A stretch of 64,000 nucleotides of DNA from Alloprevotella sp. (GCA_963588035.1 CAVAFY010000006.1:1975-65974), one strand, 5' to 3'. Counted from the first letter of the stretch, positions 1 through 10,429 are shown. Translations and numbers: made by a program. Notes: generated from the letters alone by a model not told the origin.

Positions 1-3000
1 GGGTTCACCTTAAGGGTGTACTCGCAGGTGGCGTCCTTGTAGTTCGAGTTGGTAGCGCGAACCATGACGGCCACGTCGGCAACGCCCTTGACCACGGGAA
101 CCTCGGCAGACCAGGTCTTGCCACCATCGGTGGAGTACTCGACGGTGGTGCCCTCGGTCACGTTCGGAACTGCCGCGGTGCCATGCTCTGCGCCGTCGTA
201 GACGCCCTCGTAGCTGGTACCCGTCACGGCCATTTCGCCAGAGGCGGTAACAACCAGGGTGCCGATCTCCTCGCCAGTGAGCGTGTAGTTCTTCGCCATC
301 TGCTCGCTGGAGAACTCGATGGTGTACGCGTTGCTGGAGCTGCCGGCGTTGGTCTGGCTGCCGGTCACCGTGAACGTTGCATCAGCGTCGTTCACGAGGC
401 CAGTCACCTTGCCGGGCGCCGTAAGGGCAGTGCCGTCGTAGACCTTGGTGGCCGACTCGGTCGCCACGCTGTAGCCCTTCGGGGTGATCTGGTAGGTCCT
501 AGTGGTTTCGCCGGTGTAGTTGCCCTTACCGGTGATGGTCACGGTTACGGTGCCGGTATTCACCGTGTCCTCGGTGAACGTGATGACGTAGTCCTTGCCT
601 TCAACGAGAACGTTGCCGTCCTTGTCGGTCACCGTGGGCTTCTGCTCCTGGGTCTTGCCGTTGTAAACAACATCGGGAACCATGCCGACCTCAACGCCCT
701 TGTAGCTGTCGGGGTTCTCGGGGTCGGGGACGATGGACTGGGCCTTGACCTCCAGGGTGCCGAACGTGCCGTCGACGATGCTGTAGTTGCCGGCCTTGGC
801 CGTGCCGTTCCAGTCGACCTTGTACGCCCTGTTCGGCTTGGTGCCGACATCCGTCTGGGAGTCGCTGGTGACCACGGTCGCCGTCTCGCCGGCCACCAGG
901 GTTATGCTGCCGCCGGCCGTCAGGGGCTCGCCGTCGTAGTACTTGCTGGCGCTGTCGGTGTTGACCACCGCGGTAGCGGGGTTGATCTGGTAGGTCTTGG
1001 TCACCGTGCCGGCGTAGTTGCCCTTGCCCGTGATGGTCACGGTGATGGTGCCGGTCGCGTCGGTGAAGTTGCCGGTGCTGTAGCTGACCTCGTAGTCGGT
1101 GCCCTCGACCAGGGCGTTGCCGTCGGCGTCGGTCACCACGGGGGACCACTTGTGCTCGGCGCCGTCGTAGGTCTTGTCCTCGGGGCTGCTGACCTCAACG
1201 CCCTTGTAGGCGGGGTCGGGGTTCTCGGGGTCAACGCCGGGGTCGATGGACTGCGGGGCGACCGTCAGGGTGCCGACGGTCTCGCCCTTCAGCTCGTAGT
1301 TGGACTGCTTGGCGGTGCCGTTCCACTTCACCACGTAGGTGTTATCGGAGCGGCCGACCTCGGTCTGGCTGCCCGTGACCTCGAAGCCGGCGTCCTCGCC
1401 CTCCACGATGCCGACGATGCTGCCGTGCGCCGTGAGCGGGGCGCCGTCGTAGACCTTCGTCTCCGTGTCGGTGGAGACGGTGTAGGCCCTGCGGGAGACC
1501 TTCAGGGTGTAGGTCGTTTCAGCGTCGCTGTAGTTCGGGTTGGTCGCGCGGACCGTGACGGTCACGTCGGCGACGTCCTTGACTACGGGAACCTCGGCAG
1601 ACCAGGTCTTGCCGCCGTCGGTGGAGTACTCGACGGTGGTGCCCTCGGTCACGCTGGGCTCGGCAGCCGAGCCGTGCTCCTGGCCGTCGTAGGGCATGTT
1701 GTAGTTATGGCCGATAACGGTGAGCTCGCCGGACTTCGTGATCTGGAAGTTCGCAGGCACGAAGGTGACCGTGTAGTTGCCCTGGACCTCGCTGCCCGTG
1801 GGGACGATCACGTTCGGGTAGGTGCCGACCGCCTCGTCGGAGCCCGTGCGGGCCACCGAGTAGGCGATGAGGCTGGCGGGCTCGCCGGGCACCAGGCCGA
1901 AGACCTCGGCGGTGAACCCGGGATCGGTCTCGCCGTAGACCTTGGTGGCGTCGTTCGCGGCTACGGTCACCGCAGCGCGCGTCACCTCGAGGGTGCCCAG
2001 GCTCTCGCCCTCGAGCCTGTAGTTGGACTGCTTGGCGTTGCCGTTCCAGTTGACGACGTAGGTGTTCTCGGACGTGCCGGCGTCGGTCTGGGAGCCGGTC
2101 ACTTGGAAGCCGGCGTCCTCGCCGGCGACGATGCCGTCGATCCTGCCGGGGGCCTTGAGCTCGGTGCCATTGTAGACCCGGGAATCGCTATCGGTGACAA
2201 CGGTGTAGCCCTTGGGCGTGATCTGGTAGGTCTTGGTCACCGTGCCGGCGTAGTTGCCCTTGCCCGTGATGGTCACGGTGATGGTGCCGGTCGCGTCGGT
2301 GAAGTTGCCGGTGCTGTAGCTGACCTCGTAGTCGGTGCCCTCGACCAGGGCGTTGCCGTCGGCGTCGGTCACCACGGGGGACCACTTGTGCTCGGCGCCG
2401 TCGTAGGTCTTGTCCTCGGGGCTGCTGACCTGGATGTCCTTGTAGCTGTCGGGGTTCTCGGGGTCGGGGACGATGGACTGGGCCTTGACCTCCAGGGTGC
2501 CGAACGTGCCGTCGACGATGCTGTAGTTGCCGGCCTTGGCCGTGCCGTTCCAGTCGACCTTGTACGCCCTGTTCGGCTTGGTGCCGACATCCGTCTGGGA
2601 GTCGCTGGTGACCACGGTCGCCGTCTCGCCGGCCACCAGGGTTATGCTGCCGCCGGCCGTCAGGGGCTCGCCGTCGTAGTACTTGCTGGCGCTGTCGGTG
2701 TTCACCACCGCATTAGCGGGGGTGATGGTCAGCGCTTCAGCGTTGTTTGCGTAGTTGGAGTAATTGCCATTCGTGGCGCGGAGCTGGATGGTCTTGGAAT
2801 CAGCTACGTCCTTCGCCTTGAGCTCACTCGGATCAGAGACCCAGGTCTTCCCATCGATGGAGTACTCGACGGTAAGCTCGTTACCATAGGCATCCTTGGC
2901 AGTAGCGACACCGGCGGTGTAGGTCTGGCCGTCATAGGTCTTGACCACGTCGCTCTTGGTCCAAACGACCTGGCTCTCGTCGATGTTGCCCGGGGTGATG

Positions 3001-6000
3001 CGCAGCGCGCCCTCGCTCTTGGTGACGTTGTAGTTCGTCTCCTTGAAGAGCTCGCCCGGAGTGTATGCGATGGTGTTCGCAACCTCGCCTTCAGCAACAG
3101 TCGTTACCGTACCGGTTGCCTTGAAGTCGCTTACCTGGCCCAGGAAGAGCTCGTCGCTCGAAGAAGCCTCGGGCTTGGAGTGAGCCTGGCCGTCATAAGG
3201 CCATTCGCCGCTCTCGGAGCCGAGGACGACATCGCGCTTGGTGATGGTGAGGCTCACATTGGAAGCTGCGGAATCCACAACGAACGTGACGTTCGAGAAG
3301 TTGGGGTTCGTGCTCTTGAAGTCGCTGGCGTTGATGGCCTTCGTGTAGGCGACTACGGAACCTTCGGAGTTGACGGCAACGTCCGTGCCGGAAACGGAAA
3401 GGTCCACGCCCTCGTTAAGGGCAACGTCATCGGCGGTGAAGTTACCGTTGCCGCCGGCGATTGCAACGCTGTAGCCCTGAACCGTGTGCCCAGCGCCGTC
3501 GTAGGTAAGGGTCTGGCTGTTGCCCTTGATGGTCACAACAACCTCGTTCTCGTCGGCGGTGACGATGAGCTTACCGGCGGTCGAGCTTACCACCTGGTAG
3601 TTTTCAGCAAGCGTACCCTCGTTGAACTCATAGGTGAATGCGTTGTCGGAGCTGCCGACGTTGGTCTGGCTGCCGGTGATGTCGAAAGTAGCACCCTCAC
3701 CGGCAACGAAGCCGTCAAGGCCAACGGTCACATCGGACTGCTGGTTGCGAGTCAGCGGCGTGCCGTCATAGACCTTGCTGTCGCCAGCGGAAGCGAAGGT
3801 CAAGGAACGCTTATTGATGGTGAGGTTCTCGGACTCGGTGGCGTAGCTGCCCTGCTTATAGTTGTCGGACGTTGCGCGCAGCTGGATTTTCTTGCTGTCG
3901 CCGTGGTTCAGCGCCGTAATCTGGGACGGATCGGCGTACCAAGTCTTGCCGTCAACGCTGTACTCGACGGTCAGAGCATTGCCGTACTTGTCCGTTGCCG
4001 TAGCGGTGCCGGCGGTATAGGTGTTGCCGTCGTAGGTCTTCACTACATCGGTCTTGTTCCATACAACGGACTGACCGTCGATCTCGGCAGGCGTGATCTC
4101 AAGCTGGCCGTCAACGATCTTGAACTCTACGTTGGAGAAATTCGCGCTGACGTTCTGGAAATCGGAAGCCGCGAGGTTCATGTCGTAGGTGCCGACGTTG
4201 GTGCCCTTGGCAACCTTATGGTCGGCAGCACCAACGAAGGAGAAGCAGCTCTCGGTGTAAAGCTTGTTGCTGGAGGTGGAGGTGTAGCCCTCGACCTGCT
4301 GCTCCTGGCCGTTATACACCTTGGAGTCGCTGTTCTCCGTAATGGTAACGGTCACCTTGTCGGTTACCGGGGTAACCGTAAGGGTGCCGTACTCCGGAGT
4401 GATCTCCTTGTAGTTGGCAAGGTTGGTACCGGCCTTGGCCTGGTAGGTGTAGGTGTTCGCGCTAGAGCCGGCGTTGGTGATGGTGCCGGTGTAGGTGATG
4501 TCGACGCCCTCGCCCTCGGCGAAGCCGGAAACAGTCTCCATCTCGTGCTTGGTCAGCTCGGTTCCGTCGTAGGTCTTGGAAGCCGAAGCAGACTTCAGCG
4601 TAGCGGCAGCCTTCTCGATGGTCAGGGTGCCGTTCTGCGTGGTAACCGCGAACTCGCTGCTCACATCGTTGCCATTGGCATCCTTGACCACGGGGGTGCC
4701 GGAAATATTGTTGGTATAGGTGCCGGCATTGGTCGCCTTGGGGTTCTCGGTCACAAGGCCGGAAACGGTATACGTCTGACCATCGACCGTGAACTCGTAG
4801 GTCTGAGCGCCGTTGGCCTCATGCTCCTTGCCGTCATACGTGACGGTGGTGGAGTTGGCCACAACCGTGATGGCGTACTTGGCCTCGCGGCTGGTAACGG
4901 TCAAGCTGCCTTCCGTCTTCGCGATGTTGTAGTTGTCCTTGTTGGTGCCCTCGTTCAGCGTGTAGGAGAATGCGTTGTCGGAGCTGCCCACGAGCGTCTG
5001 GCTACCGGTGAACGTGTAGGTTGCGCCCTCGCCTTCGGCCCAGCCGGTCTCGGTTGCAAGTGCGGTTTCGCCGTTGGTGAGTGCAGTGCCGTCGTACGGC
5101 TTGGTCAGGTCAGCGGACTTCAGCGTCACCTCGCGCTTGGCGATGGCAAGCTCGCCGTCGGTCACGACGAACTCGACGTTGGTGAAGTTGGCGCTCTGGT
5201 TCTGGAACGTACCGTCCGTAAGGCCCATGGCATAGGTGCCGGCGTTAGTGGCCTTCACCTCGGAAGAACCGGTATAGGTGAAGTCGGACGCCTTGTACAG
5301 CTCGTTGCTGATCGAGGCCTTGTAGCCCGAAGCGCTCTTCTCAGTACCGTCGTACGTTGCGGTGGTGTTATTGCCGGTGATGGTCACGGTAACCTTGCTG
5401 GTCACCGGCGTGATGCTCAGCGTGCCCGTCTTCTTCGTGATGACGTAGTTTCCGCCTTCACCCTCGGTTGCGCCGCCGGTGAGCGTGTAGGTGAAGCCGT
5501 TGTCGACTACGCCTTCGCTTACGTTGGTTACGCTGCCGGTAGCCTCAGCGGTGAAGCTCTGGCCATTGACGAAGCTACCGCTCGTGATGGTGACGCTCTT
5601 ATTGGTAAGGGCGGTTCCGTCGTAGACCTTGGAATCGGTGGCGGAGGTCAGCTCGACCGCACGCTTGGCGATGGTCAGCGTGTTGTCCTCGATGACAAAC
5701 TCAACGTTGGTGAAGTTGGGGTTGGCATTCTGGAAGTCGCCAGCCTTCAGCTCCATGTTGTAGGTGCCTGCGTTGGTGCCGCTCACGGAGTCGGTGCCGC
5801 TGAACGTGAAGTCCTTTGCGTTGTACAGGGTGTTGTCGCTCTTGACATCGTAGCCCGTGGCGCTGTGCTCTACCCCATCGTAGGTGTAACTGCCGCCGTG
5901 CTCGGTGATGGTCACGATGACCTTGCCGGTCACAGCGTTGACCGTCAGGTCGCCCGGAACCTTGGCTACGTTGTAATTGCTGGCCTTGGCCGTCGTACCG

Positions 6001-9000
6001 TCAAAGACAACCTCGAAGGTGTTCTTGGAAGAACCGGCGTTGGTCTGGCTGCCGGAGTAGGTGTAAGAGACGCCCGCCTCTTCGCCGTCAGCGAAGTCAC
6101 CGGCGGTCACCTTAGCAGACTCCTCGGTCAGCGCGGTGCCGTCATAGGTCTTCTCAGCGGAGCCGGAGGTAATGGTGACGTCCTTGGGGCTGATGGTCAG
6201 CTTGCCAGACTTGGCAGTCACAGAGAACTGGGCGCTCACGTCATTGCCGTTGGGGTCAACGACAGTCCAGCTGCCGTCCTCGTTGGAGCTGGTGATGGTC
6301 TGGGTGTACTCCTCGGCGTCCTTGCCGGTAACGTCGGACTTGTAGTTCTTCACCGTGTACTCGACGCCGTCGAAGGTGAGCCTATCGGCAACGATACCGC
6401 TCATCGTCTGGTCAGAGCCGTTGTAGACCTTGGTCTGTTCAACGCCCTCAAGCACGATCTCGTACTTGGCGGAGCGGTCCGTAACCGTCAGGGTGCCGTT
6501 CTTGGTGCTGATGGTGTAGTTGCTGAGTTTGGTGCCGTCCTGGGCCTTCCAGCTGTTTTCCTTAACCATGCTCTGGGTGGAGCCGACGACGGTCTGCGAA
6601 CCCTCGATGGTTGCAGAGGCGATGCCCTGGCCCTCGATGAAGCCCTCGGTGGTGAACTCATCGGTAGTCAGCGCCGACCCGTCGTACTCCTTAGATGCAG
6701 AGCCAGCGGTGATAGTCGCAGCCTTGGGGCTGATGGTGAGCTTGCCGTCTTCCTTGTTTACCTTGAACTGCTTGGTAACGTCGTTGCCGTCGGGGTCGAG
6801 CACCTTAACGGTACCGGTAACCTTGCTAGCGTACTCGCCGGCATCAGTACCCTTAGCGCTTGCGTTCAGTCCCGTGATGGTGAAGGTAACGCCCCGGTCG
6901 TTGGTGAACTTGGTGCCGCTCACGCCGGAAACCGACTGCTCGGAACCGTTATAGATGCCAGTGCTCGAGTTAGCCTTAACCGTCACCTCGTACTTCTGGG
7001 CACGGTCATTGACGGTGAGCTTGCCCTCTTTCGCAGTGATGTTGTAGTTTCCGGAGTCAGTACCGGCATTCAAGCTGTAGCTGAACGAGTTGCTGCTCGA
7101 GCCAACGGCGGTCTGAGTGCCAGTGACGTTGTAAGTTGCGCCCTGACCATTGGCAAAGCCGTCGCCAGAGACCTCAACGTTGTTGCTGGTCAGCGGAGTG
7201 CCGTCATAATCCTTCTGGTCGGTTGCGGAAGTCAGCACAACGTCGCGCTTGGCAATCTTCAACCAGCCGTCGGTGACCTCAAAGGTAACCTTACCGGGTT
7301 CGTAGTTCTTGCCCGTGTAGGTGAACTTCGAAGCGTCGAGGCCCATATCGTAGGTACCGGCGTTGGTGCCCGTGGCCTCGGCGGTACCGGAAAGGCGGAT
7401 ATCGCTCTCGGTGATACCGGTCGGCAGGCCGGAAACGCTGTAGCCGGTGGCATTCTGCTCCGTGCCGTCGTACTTGGTGCTGTTGGTGTTGCCAACCACC
7501 TTGATTTTGACGGCCTTGGTGGAACGGGTGATGATCAGCTTGCCGTTCTCGACTTCCGAAACGTAGTACTTATTAGTAGTGTCGCTTTTGCCAACGGTGC
7601 CATTGGCGAACGAGTGCGTGTAGGTACCCGCATCGGTGCCCTTGCCACCCGTGGTGCTCACGCCGTCGACCGTGACGCCCTCAACACTGGCGCTGAAACC
7701 GGTCACGCTCTTCTCGGTGCCGTCGTATTCTTCGGTCTTGGAGTTGGCCGTCAGCTTGACGTTCTTGTAGTAGTACACGTTGACGACGTTCTCGCCGGCC
7801 TTGAGAACAACCTTGTCGCTCTTCAGCGGCTTGATCGTATAGCCATCAAATGTTTTCTCGTCGACGGTGAAGACATCGCCGACATGGTAATCGCCGGACG
7901 CACTCACCGACTCGATGAGTTCGGAGCTATCCTCGTCGCCCCACAGATAGTTCACCGTTACCGAAGCGGCCTTCTTGGTCCACGTAGCGGTGATGGTGAC
8001 GTTGTTGTCGGGCATAGTGAAGGACTCGCCGCTTGCAACGGTCGTCTTGCCGTCCAGGCCTTCGACCTGCCAGCCGGCAAAGTCGTAGCCCTCGCGGGTC
8101 GGCTCGGACAGAACGGTGTAGCTCTGGCCCTCGTCTACCTTGTACGTCGTCGCAGCGCTCGTAGCCCATGCGCCGCCGTCAAGGTTGTAAATAACCTGAC
8201 GGCCGGCAACGTAGCGCGCATAGAAGTCGACGTTCGAGGTGCTTACGGTGTACGGCAGGTTGACCGAATGGGTCATCGCGGAATCGGTGCACCACGGGGA
8301 AAGGGTGTACTCAACGCCGTCGACGGTCTTGGTCTGCGGGTACTTCGTGGCGAAGTCGCTGATGAAGTCGGTGATGTTCGTGGCATCGCCTTCGCGAACC
8401 GTCGCGCTCGAGGCGATGAGCGCGAAGCCCGTGGAATCGGAAGAGGTCGGATCGTCCACGTAGTACCTGACGGTATAGAGGCCCTTGCACTCGAAAAGCA
8501 CGCTGCAGTCCACGTGGTAACCGTCGCCGTTGTTGGTCAGCTTGTACGGAACCAGCGTGATGGAGACGATGTCGCTATCGGTTACCTCCACGCCAGGCAG
8601 CTTCTGTTTGATGATTTCCTTGTACTGCTTAAGGATGTTGTTCCAGTGCTCGGAGCCGCGGGCAACGCTGAACGTTGTGCCCGTGCTGCCATCCGGCCAG
8701 GTAACAACGCGGTCGGAGGCGTCGTAGCGCTTGGTTGCGCCGTTATCGCGGGGGAAGTCGGCTGCCGAAACCCCGGTAAGGTCCACCGTGCCGTTGCCGA
8801 GCTGGTACCAGTAGCCCTTAAGCGAGTCGAGGCTGGCCTCCGGGTTGTTCAGATAGTAATAGGTGAAGGTGGTGGTACCCTTCGTGGTATGGACAACCGT
8901 CACATCGTGCGTAGCGGTAAGCACGGTTGCGCCATCGGCGCTGGTCCACGTGGCGGTAACCGTGGCCGAACCCTGGGAAACACCCGCAACCTGCCCGTTC

Positions 9001-9920
9001 GCGTCAACGGTCAGAACGTTCTCATTGCTGGAGGACCAGCTGTAGGTACCGCCCTCAACTGCCGGGTCGAGCGTGGCAACCAAGTCGGCGGAGCTGAACT
9101 GCTCGACCGAATCGGGGCCGGTGATCGTAAGGGTGCTCGAAACGCTCTCGCCCTCTTCGCTCACCGTAGCCGCCTCGGACTCGATCACAGTATCTGCGCC
9201 GATGACGGTCGACTGGGCAGAAGCAGTGGATTCGGAAAGCTTCTTGGTCTCGAGCTCGATGGCGGCGCCGGCAACAACGTCGGCGGCAGCCACGGTGAAG
9301 ACACCGCTCTGGTTAGGATCGATCTGGTGCTTTTCGCCGTTGTTCACGGTGAGGTAAACCGCGACAAGCTGGTAGCCCTCGTTGGCGGTAGCGGTGAACT
9401 CGAAGTTCTTGCCAATGGGCACCGTTACCTTGGTTGCGGGCAGGCTGATGTCCTGCTTGCTGTATGTGATGTAGGCGTTGCCCAAGCTCAAGGCCACATC
9501 GGCCTCGGTTGCCTTGGACTCGGCGCTCGCAGCGGAAGACGAGCTATCAGTTGCAGCAGAGCTGCTGTCGGAAGAAGCAGAGCTGGAATCCCCAGCTGCC
9601 TTGGAGCTTGCCGGGGAATCATCCTTCTTGTCGGCGTTGGAAGCGCTGCTCTCCGTGCTAGTGGATTCGGCCTTCTGAGCCTCGGTCTGCGAAGCCTTCT
9701 CGGTAGAAGCAGACGCATCGCTGGAGCCGGTGGCCTCTTCGCTGGCAGCCGCCTGGGTTTGCGCCGCCTCGCCTTCTGCAAAGCTGCTGGCGGGGGAAAC
9801 CGCAGGCCAGCCGAAGCCGAGCATGACAGCCGACATGGCTACAGCTACTACCTTATGGCCAAGCGAGAAATGCTCGGTCATGCTTTTTGCAGCCTTGCCG
9901 TTCATGTTGTTGTTGCCCAT
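1..9920 (-). CDS. giant secreted cell-surface adhesin, 5' part (>3306 codons, runs off the left edge): signal peptide, low-complexity spacer, Big_2-like, Listeria-Bacteroides-type repeat, MucBP-like, then tens of MBG-type YDG modules
   Basis: My own reverse-strand translation starts at ATG 9920 with GAGGTG 7 nt upstream: MGNNNMNGKAAKSMTEHFSLGHKVVAVAMSAVMLGFGWPAVSPASSFAEGE. An S/A/E/D-rich spacer follows. Then come SSSNENVLTVDANGQVAGVSQGSATVTATW (Big_2-like), VIYNLDGGAW..TREGYDFAGWQ (Listeria-Bacteroides repeat) and VTVNYLWGDED..VVNVYYYK (MucBP-like). After that are many K.YDGT...GNY...I modules. I translated about 1300 codons at the 5' end and about 400 near position 1. The track lists no minus-strand ORF in this frame (upper coordinate 2 mod 3), as expected if the frame has no stop inside the window. 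Confidence 0.85.
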   Translation of the reverse strand, partial: MGNNNMNGKAAKSMTEHFSLGHKVVAVAMSAVMLGFGWPAVSPASSFAEGEAAQTQAAASEEATGSSDASASTEKASQTEAQKAESTSTESSASNADKKDDSPASSKAAGDSSSASSDSSSAATDSSSSAASAESKATEADVALSLGNAYITYSKQDISLPATKVTVPIGKNFEFTATANEGYQLVAVYLTVNNGEKHQIDPNQSGVFTVAAADVVAGAAIELETKKLSESTASAQSTVIGADTVIESEAATVSEEGESVSSTLTITGPDSVEQFSSADLVATLDPAVEGGTYSWSSSNENVLTVDANGQVAGVSQGSATVTATWTSADGATVLTATHDVTVVHTTKGTTTFTYYYLNNPEASLDSLKGYWYQLGNGTVDLTGVSAADFPRDNGATKRYDASDRVVTWPDGSTGTTFSVARGSEHWNNILKQYKEIIKQKLPGVEVTDSDIVSITLVPYKLTNNGDGYHVDCSVLFECKGLYTVRYYVDDPTSSDSTGFALIASSATVREGDATNITDFISDFATKYPQTKTVDGVEYTLSPWCTDSAMTHSVNLPYTVSTSNVDFYARYVAGRQVIYNLDGGAWATSAATTYKVDEGQSYTVLSEPTREGYDFAGWQVEGLDGKTTVASGESFTMPDNNVTITATWTKKAASVTVNYLWGDEDSSELIESVSASGDYHVGDVFTVDEKTFDGYTIKPLKSDKVVLKAGENVVNVYYYKNVKLTANSKTEEYDGTEKSVTGFSASVEGVTVDGVSTTGGKGTDAGTYTHSFANGTVGKSDTTNKYYVSEVENGKLIITRSTKAVKIKVVGNTNSTKYDGTEQNATGYSVSGLPTGITESDIRLSGTAEATGTNAGTYDMGLDASKFTYTGKNYEPGKVTFEVTDGWLKIAKRDVVLTSATDQKDYDGTPLTSNNVEVSGDGFANGQGATYNVTGTQTAVGSSSNSFSYSLNAGTDSGNYNITAKEGKLTVNDRAQKYEVTVKANSSTGIYNGSEQSVSGVSGTKFTNDRGVTFTITGLNASAKGTDAGEYASKVTGTVKVLDPDGNDVTKQFKVNKEDGKLTISPKAATITAGSASKEYDGSALTTDEFTTEGFIEGQGIASATIEGSQTVVGSTQSMVKENSWKAQDGTKLSNYTISTKNGTLTVTDRSAKYEIVLEGVEQTKVYNGSDQTMSGIVADRLTFDGVEYTVKNYKSDVTGKDAEEYTQTITSSNEDGSWTVVDPNGNDVSAQFSVTAKSGKLTISPKDVTITSGSAEKTYDGTALTEESAKVTAGDFADGEEAGVSYTYSGSQTNAGSSKNTFEVVFDGTTAKASNYNVAKVPGDLTVNAVTGKVIVTITEHGGSYTYDGVEHSATGYDVKSDNTLYNAKDFTFSGTDSVSGTNAGTYNMELKAGDFQNANPNFTNVEFVIEDNTLTIAKRAVELTSATDSKVYDGTALTNKSVTITSGSFVNGQSFTAEATGSVTNVSEGVVDNGFTYTLTGGATEGEGGNYVITKKTGTLSITPVTSKVTVTITGNNTTATYDGTEKSASGYKASISNELYKASDFTYTGSSEVKATNAGTYAMGLTDGTFQNQSANFTNVEFVVTDGELAIAKREVTLKSADLTKPYDGTALTNGETALATETGWAEGEGATYTFTGSQTLVGSSDNAFSYTLNEGTNKDNYNIAKTEGSLTVTSREAKYAITVVANSTTVTYDGKEHEANGAQTYEFTVDGQTYTVSGLVTENPKATNAGTYTNNISGTPVVKDANGNDVSSEFAVTTQNGTLTIEKAAATLKSASASKTYDGTELTKHEMETVSGFAEGEGVDITYTGTITNAGSSANTYTYQAKAGTNLANYKEITPEYGTLTVTPVTDKVTVTITENSDSKVYNGQEQQVEGYTSTSSNKLYTESCFSFVGAADHKVAKGTNVGTYDMNLAASDFQNVSANFSNVEFKIVDGQLEITPAEIDGQSVVWNKTDVVKTYDGNTYTAGTATATDKYGNALTVEYSVDGKTWYADPSQITALNHGDSKKIQLRATSDNYKQGSYATESENLTINKRSLTFASAGDSKVYDGTPLTRNQQSDVTVGLDGFVAGEGATFDITGSQTNVGSSDNAFTYEFNEGTLAENYQVVSSTAGKLIVTADENEVVVTIKGNSQTLTYDGAGHTVQGYSVAIAGGNGNFTADDVALNEGVDLSVSGTDVAVNSEGSVVAYTKAINASDFKSTNPNFSNVTFVVDSAASNVSLTITKRDVVLGSESGEWPYDGQAHSKPEASSSDELFLGQVSDFKATGTVTTVAEGEVANTIAYTPGELFKETNYNVTKSEGALRITPGNIDESQVVWTKSDVVKTYDGQTYTAGVATAKDAYGNELTVEYSIDGKTWVSDPSELKAKDVADSKTIQLRATNGNYSNYANNAEALTITPANAVVNTDSASKYYDGEPLTAGGSITLVAGETATVVTSDSQTDVGTKPNRAYKVDWNGTAKAGNYSIVDGTFGTLEVKAQSIVPDPENPDSYKDIQVSSPEDKTYDGAEHKWSPVVTDADGNALVEGTDYEVSYSTGNFTDATGTITVTITGKGNYAGTVTKTYQITPKGYTVVTDSDSRVYNGTELKAPGRIDGIVAGEDAGFQVTGSQTDAGTSENTYVVNWNGNAKQSNYRLEGESLGTLEVTRAAVTVAANDATKVYGETDPGFTAEVFGLVPGEPASLIAYSVARTGSDEAVGTYPNVIVPTGSEVQGNYTVTFVPANFQITKSGELTVIGHNYNMPYDGQEHGSAAEPSVTEGTTVEYSTDGGKTWSAEVPVVKDVADVTVTVRATNPNYSDAETTYTLKVSRRAYTVSTDTETKVYDGAPLTAHGSIVGIVEGEDAGFEVTGSQTEVGRSDNTYVVKWNGTAKQSNYELKGETVGTLTVAPQSIDPGVDPENPDPAYKGVEVSSPEDKTYDGAEHKWSPVVTDADGNALVEGTDYEVSYSTGNFTDATGTITVTITGKGNYAGTVTKTYQINPATAVVNTDSASKYYDGEPLTAGGSITLVAGETATVVTSDSQTDVGTKPNRAYKVDWNGTAKAGNYSIVDGTFGTLEVKAQSIVPDPENPDSYKGVEVGMVPDVVYNGKTQEQKPTVTDKDGNVLVEGKDYVITFTEDTVNTGTVTVTITGKGNYTGETTRTYQITPKGYSVATESATKVYDGTALTAPGKVTGLVNDADATFTVTGSQTNAGSSSNAYTIEFSSEQMAKNYTLTGEEIGTLVVTASGEMAVTGTSYEGVYDGAEHGTAAVPNVTEGTTVEYSTDGGKTWSAEVPVVKGVADVAVMVRATNSNYKDATCEYTLKVN
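698..1195. repeat. intragenic repeat set, copy 1: segment Y (698-962) followed by segment X (983-1195)
   Basis: Base-by-base comparison of the printed lines: 698-962 is identical to 2438-2702, and 983-1195 is identical to 2219-2431. Confidence 0.9.
2219..2702. repeat. intragenic repeat set, copy 2: segment X (2219-2431) followed by segment Y (2438-2702)
   Basis: Identical to 983-1195 and 698-962 respectively. A 6-nt divergent joint (ggatgt, 2432-2437) lies between X and Y. Confidence 0.9.
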
Positions 9921-10429
9921 GACAATTCACCTCATCAACCGTTCCGTTGGGGAACCTTCGCGGTTGGTATTCCATGCATCGCGTGCCCTTGTGGGGCGTG
10001 GCGCCTAGATGCCCTGTTCGGCCGGGCTCTTTTTGGCCTTGCAGAGCTAAACGCCCACGATGTAATAATCCCTTCAAATATTACTTGAAGCGGATTTTGA
10101 TTGCCAGTCTGATTCTGTCCGTTTTTTGTGCTCTTATCAGGGAATTCAACTTATATTTAATGCGTCTATCTGCGGGGTTTTCCCTAACCGTTTAAGGGCT
10201 TTCGCCGCCGAATACGCGAAACATCCCAACTTTCGGCTACCGCTTGCGATAAGCCAACAAGCCCGCGCGAGCATTCGCTTCCAGGGATCGAAGCAATAAG
10301 CGATGTGGGCTTTCCAGCCGAACGGTGAACCCCAAAGCGGCCAGGCCGCCGTCCCAAAACATCGGGCAGGCGGCAGGGCCCAACAAATGGGCACGTTGCG
10401 CTTCAGCGGCCACACGCATCGGCAGCGGC

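Noticed and set aside
183-10088. 3301-aa plus-strand ORF, the largest ORF in the track
   Set aside because: It is the codon-aligned antisense frame of the minus-strand adhesin gene. Its composition is Gly/Ala/Val/Arg/His-rich with no motif. The opposite strand has an SD, a signal peptide and recognisable adhesin modules.
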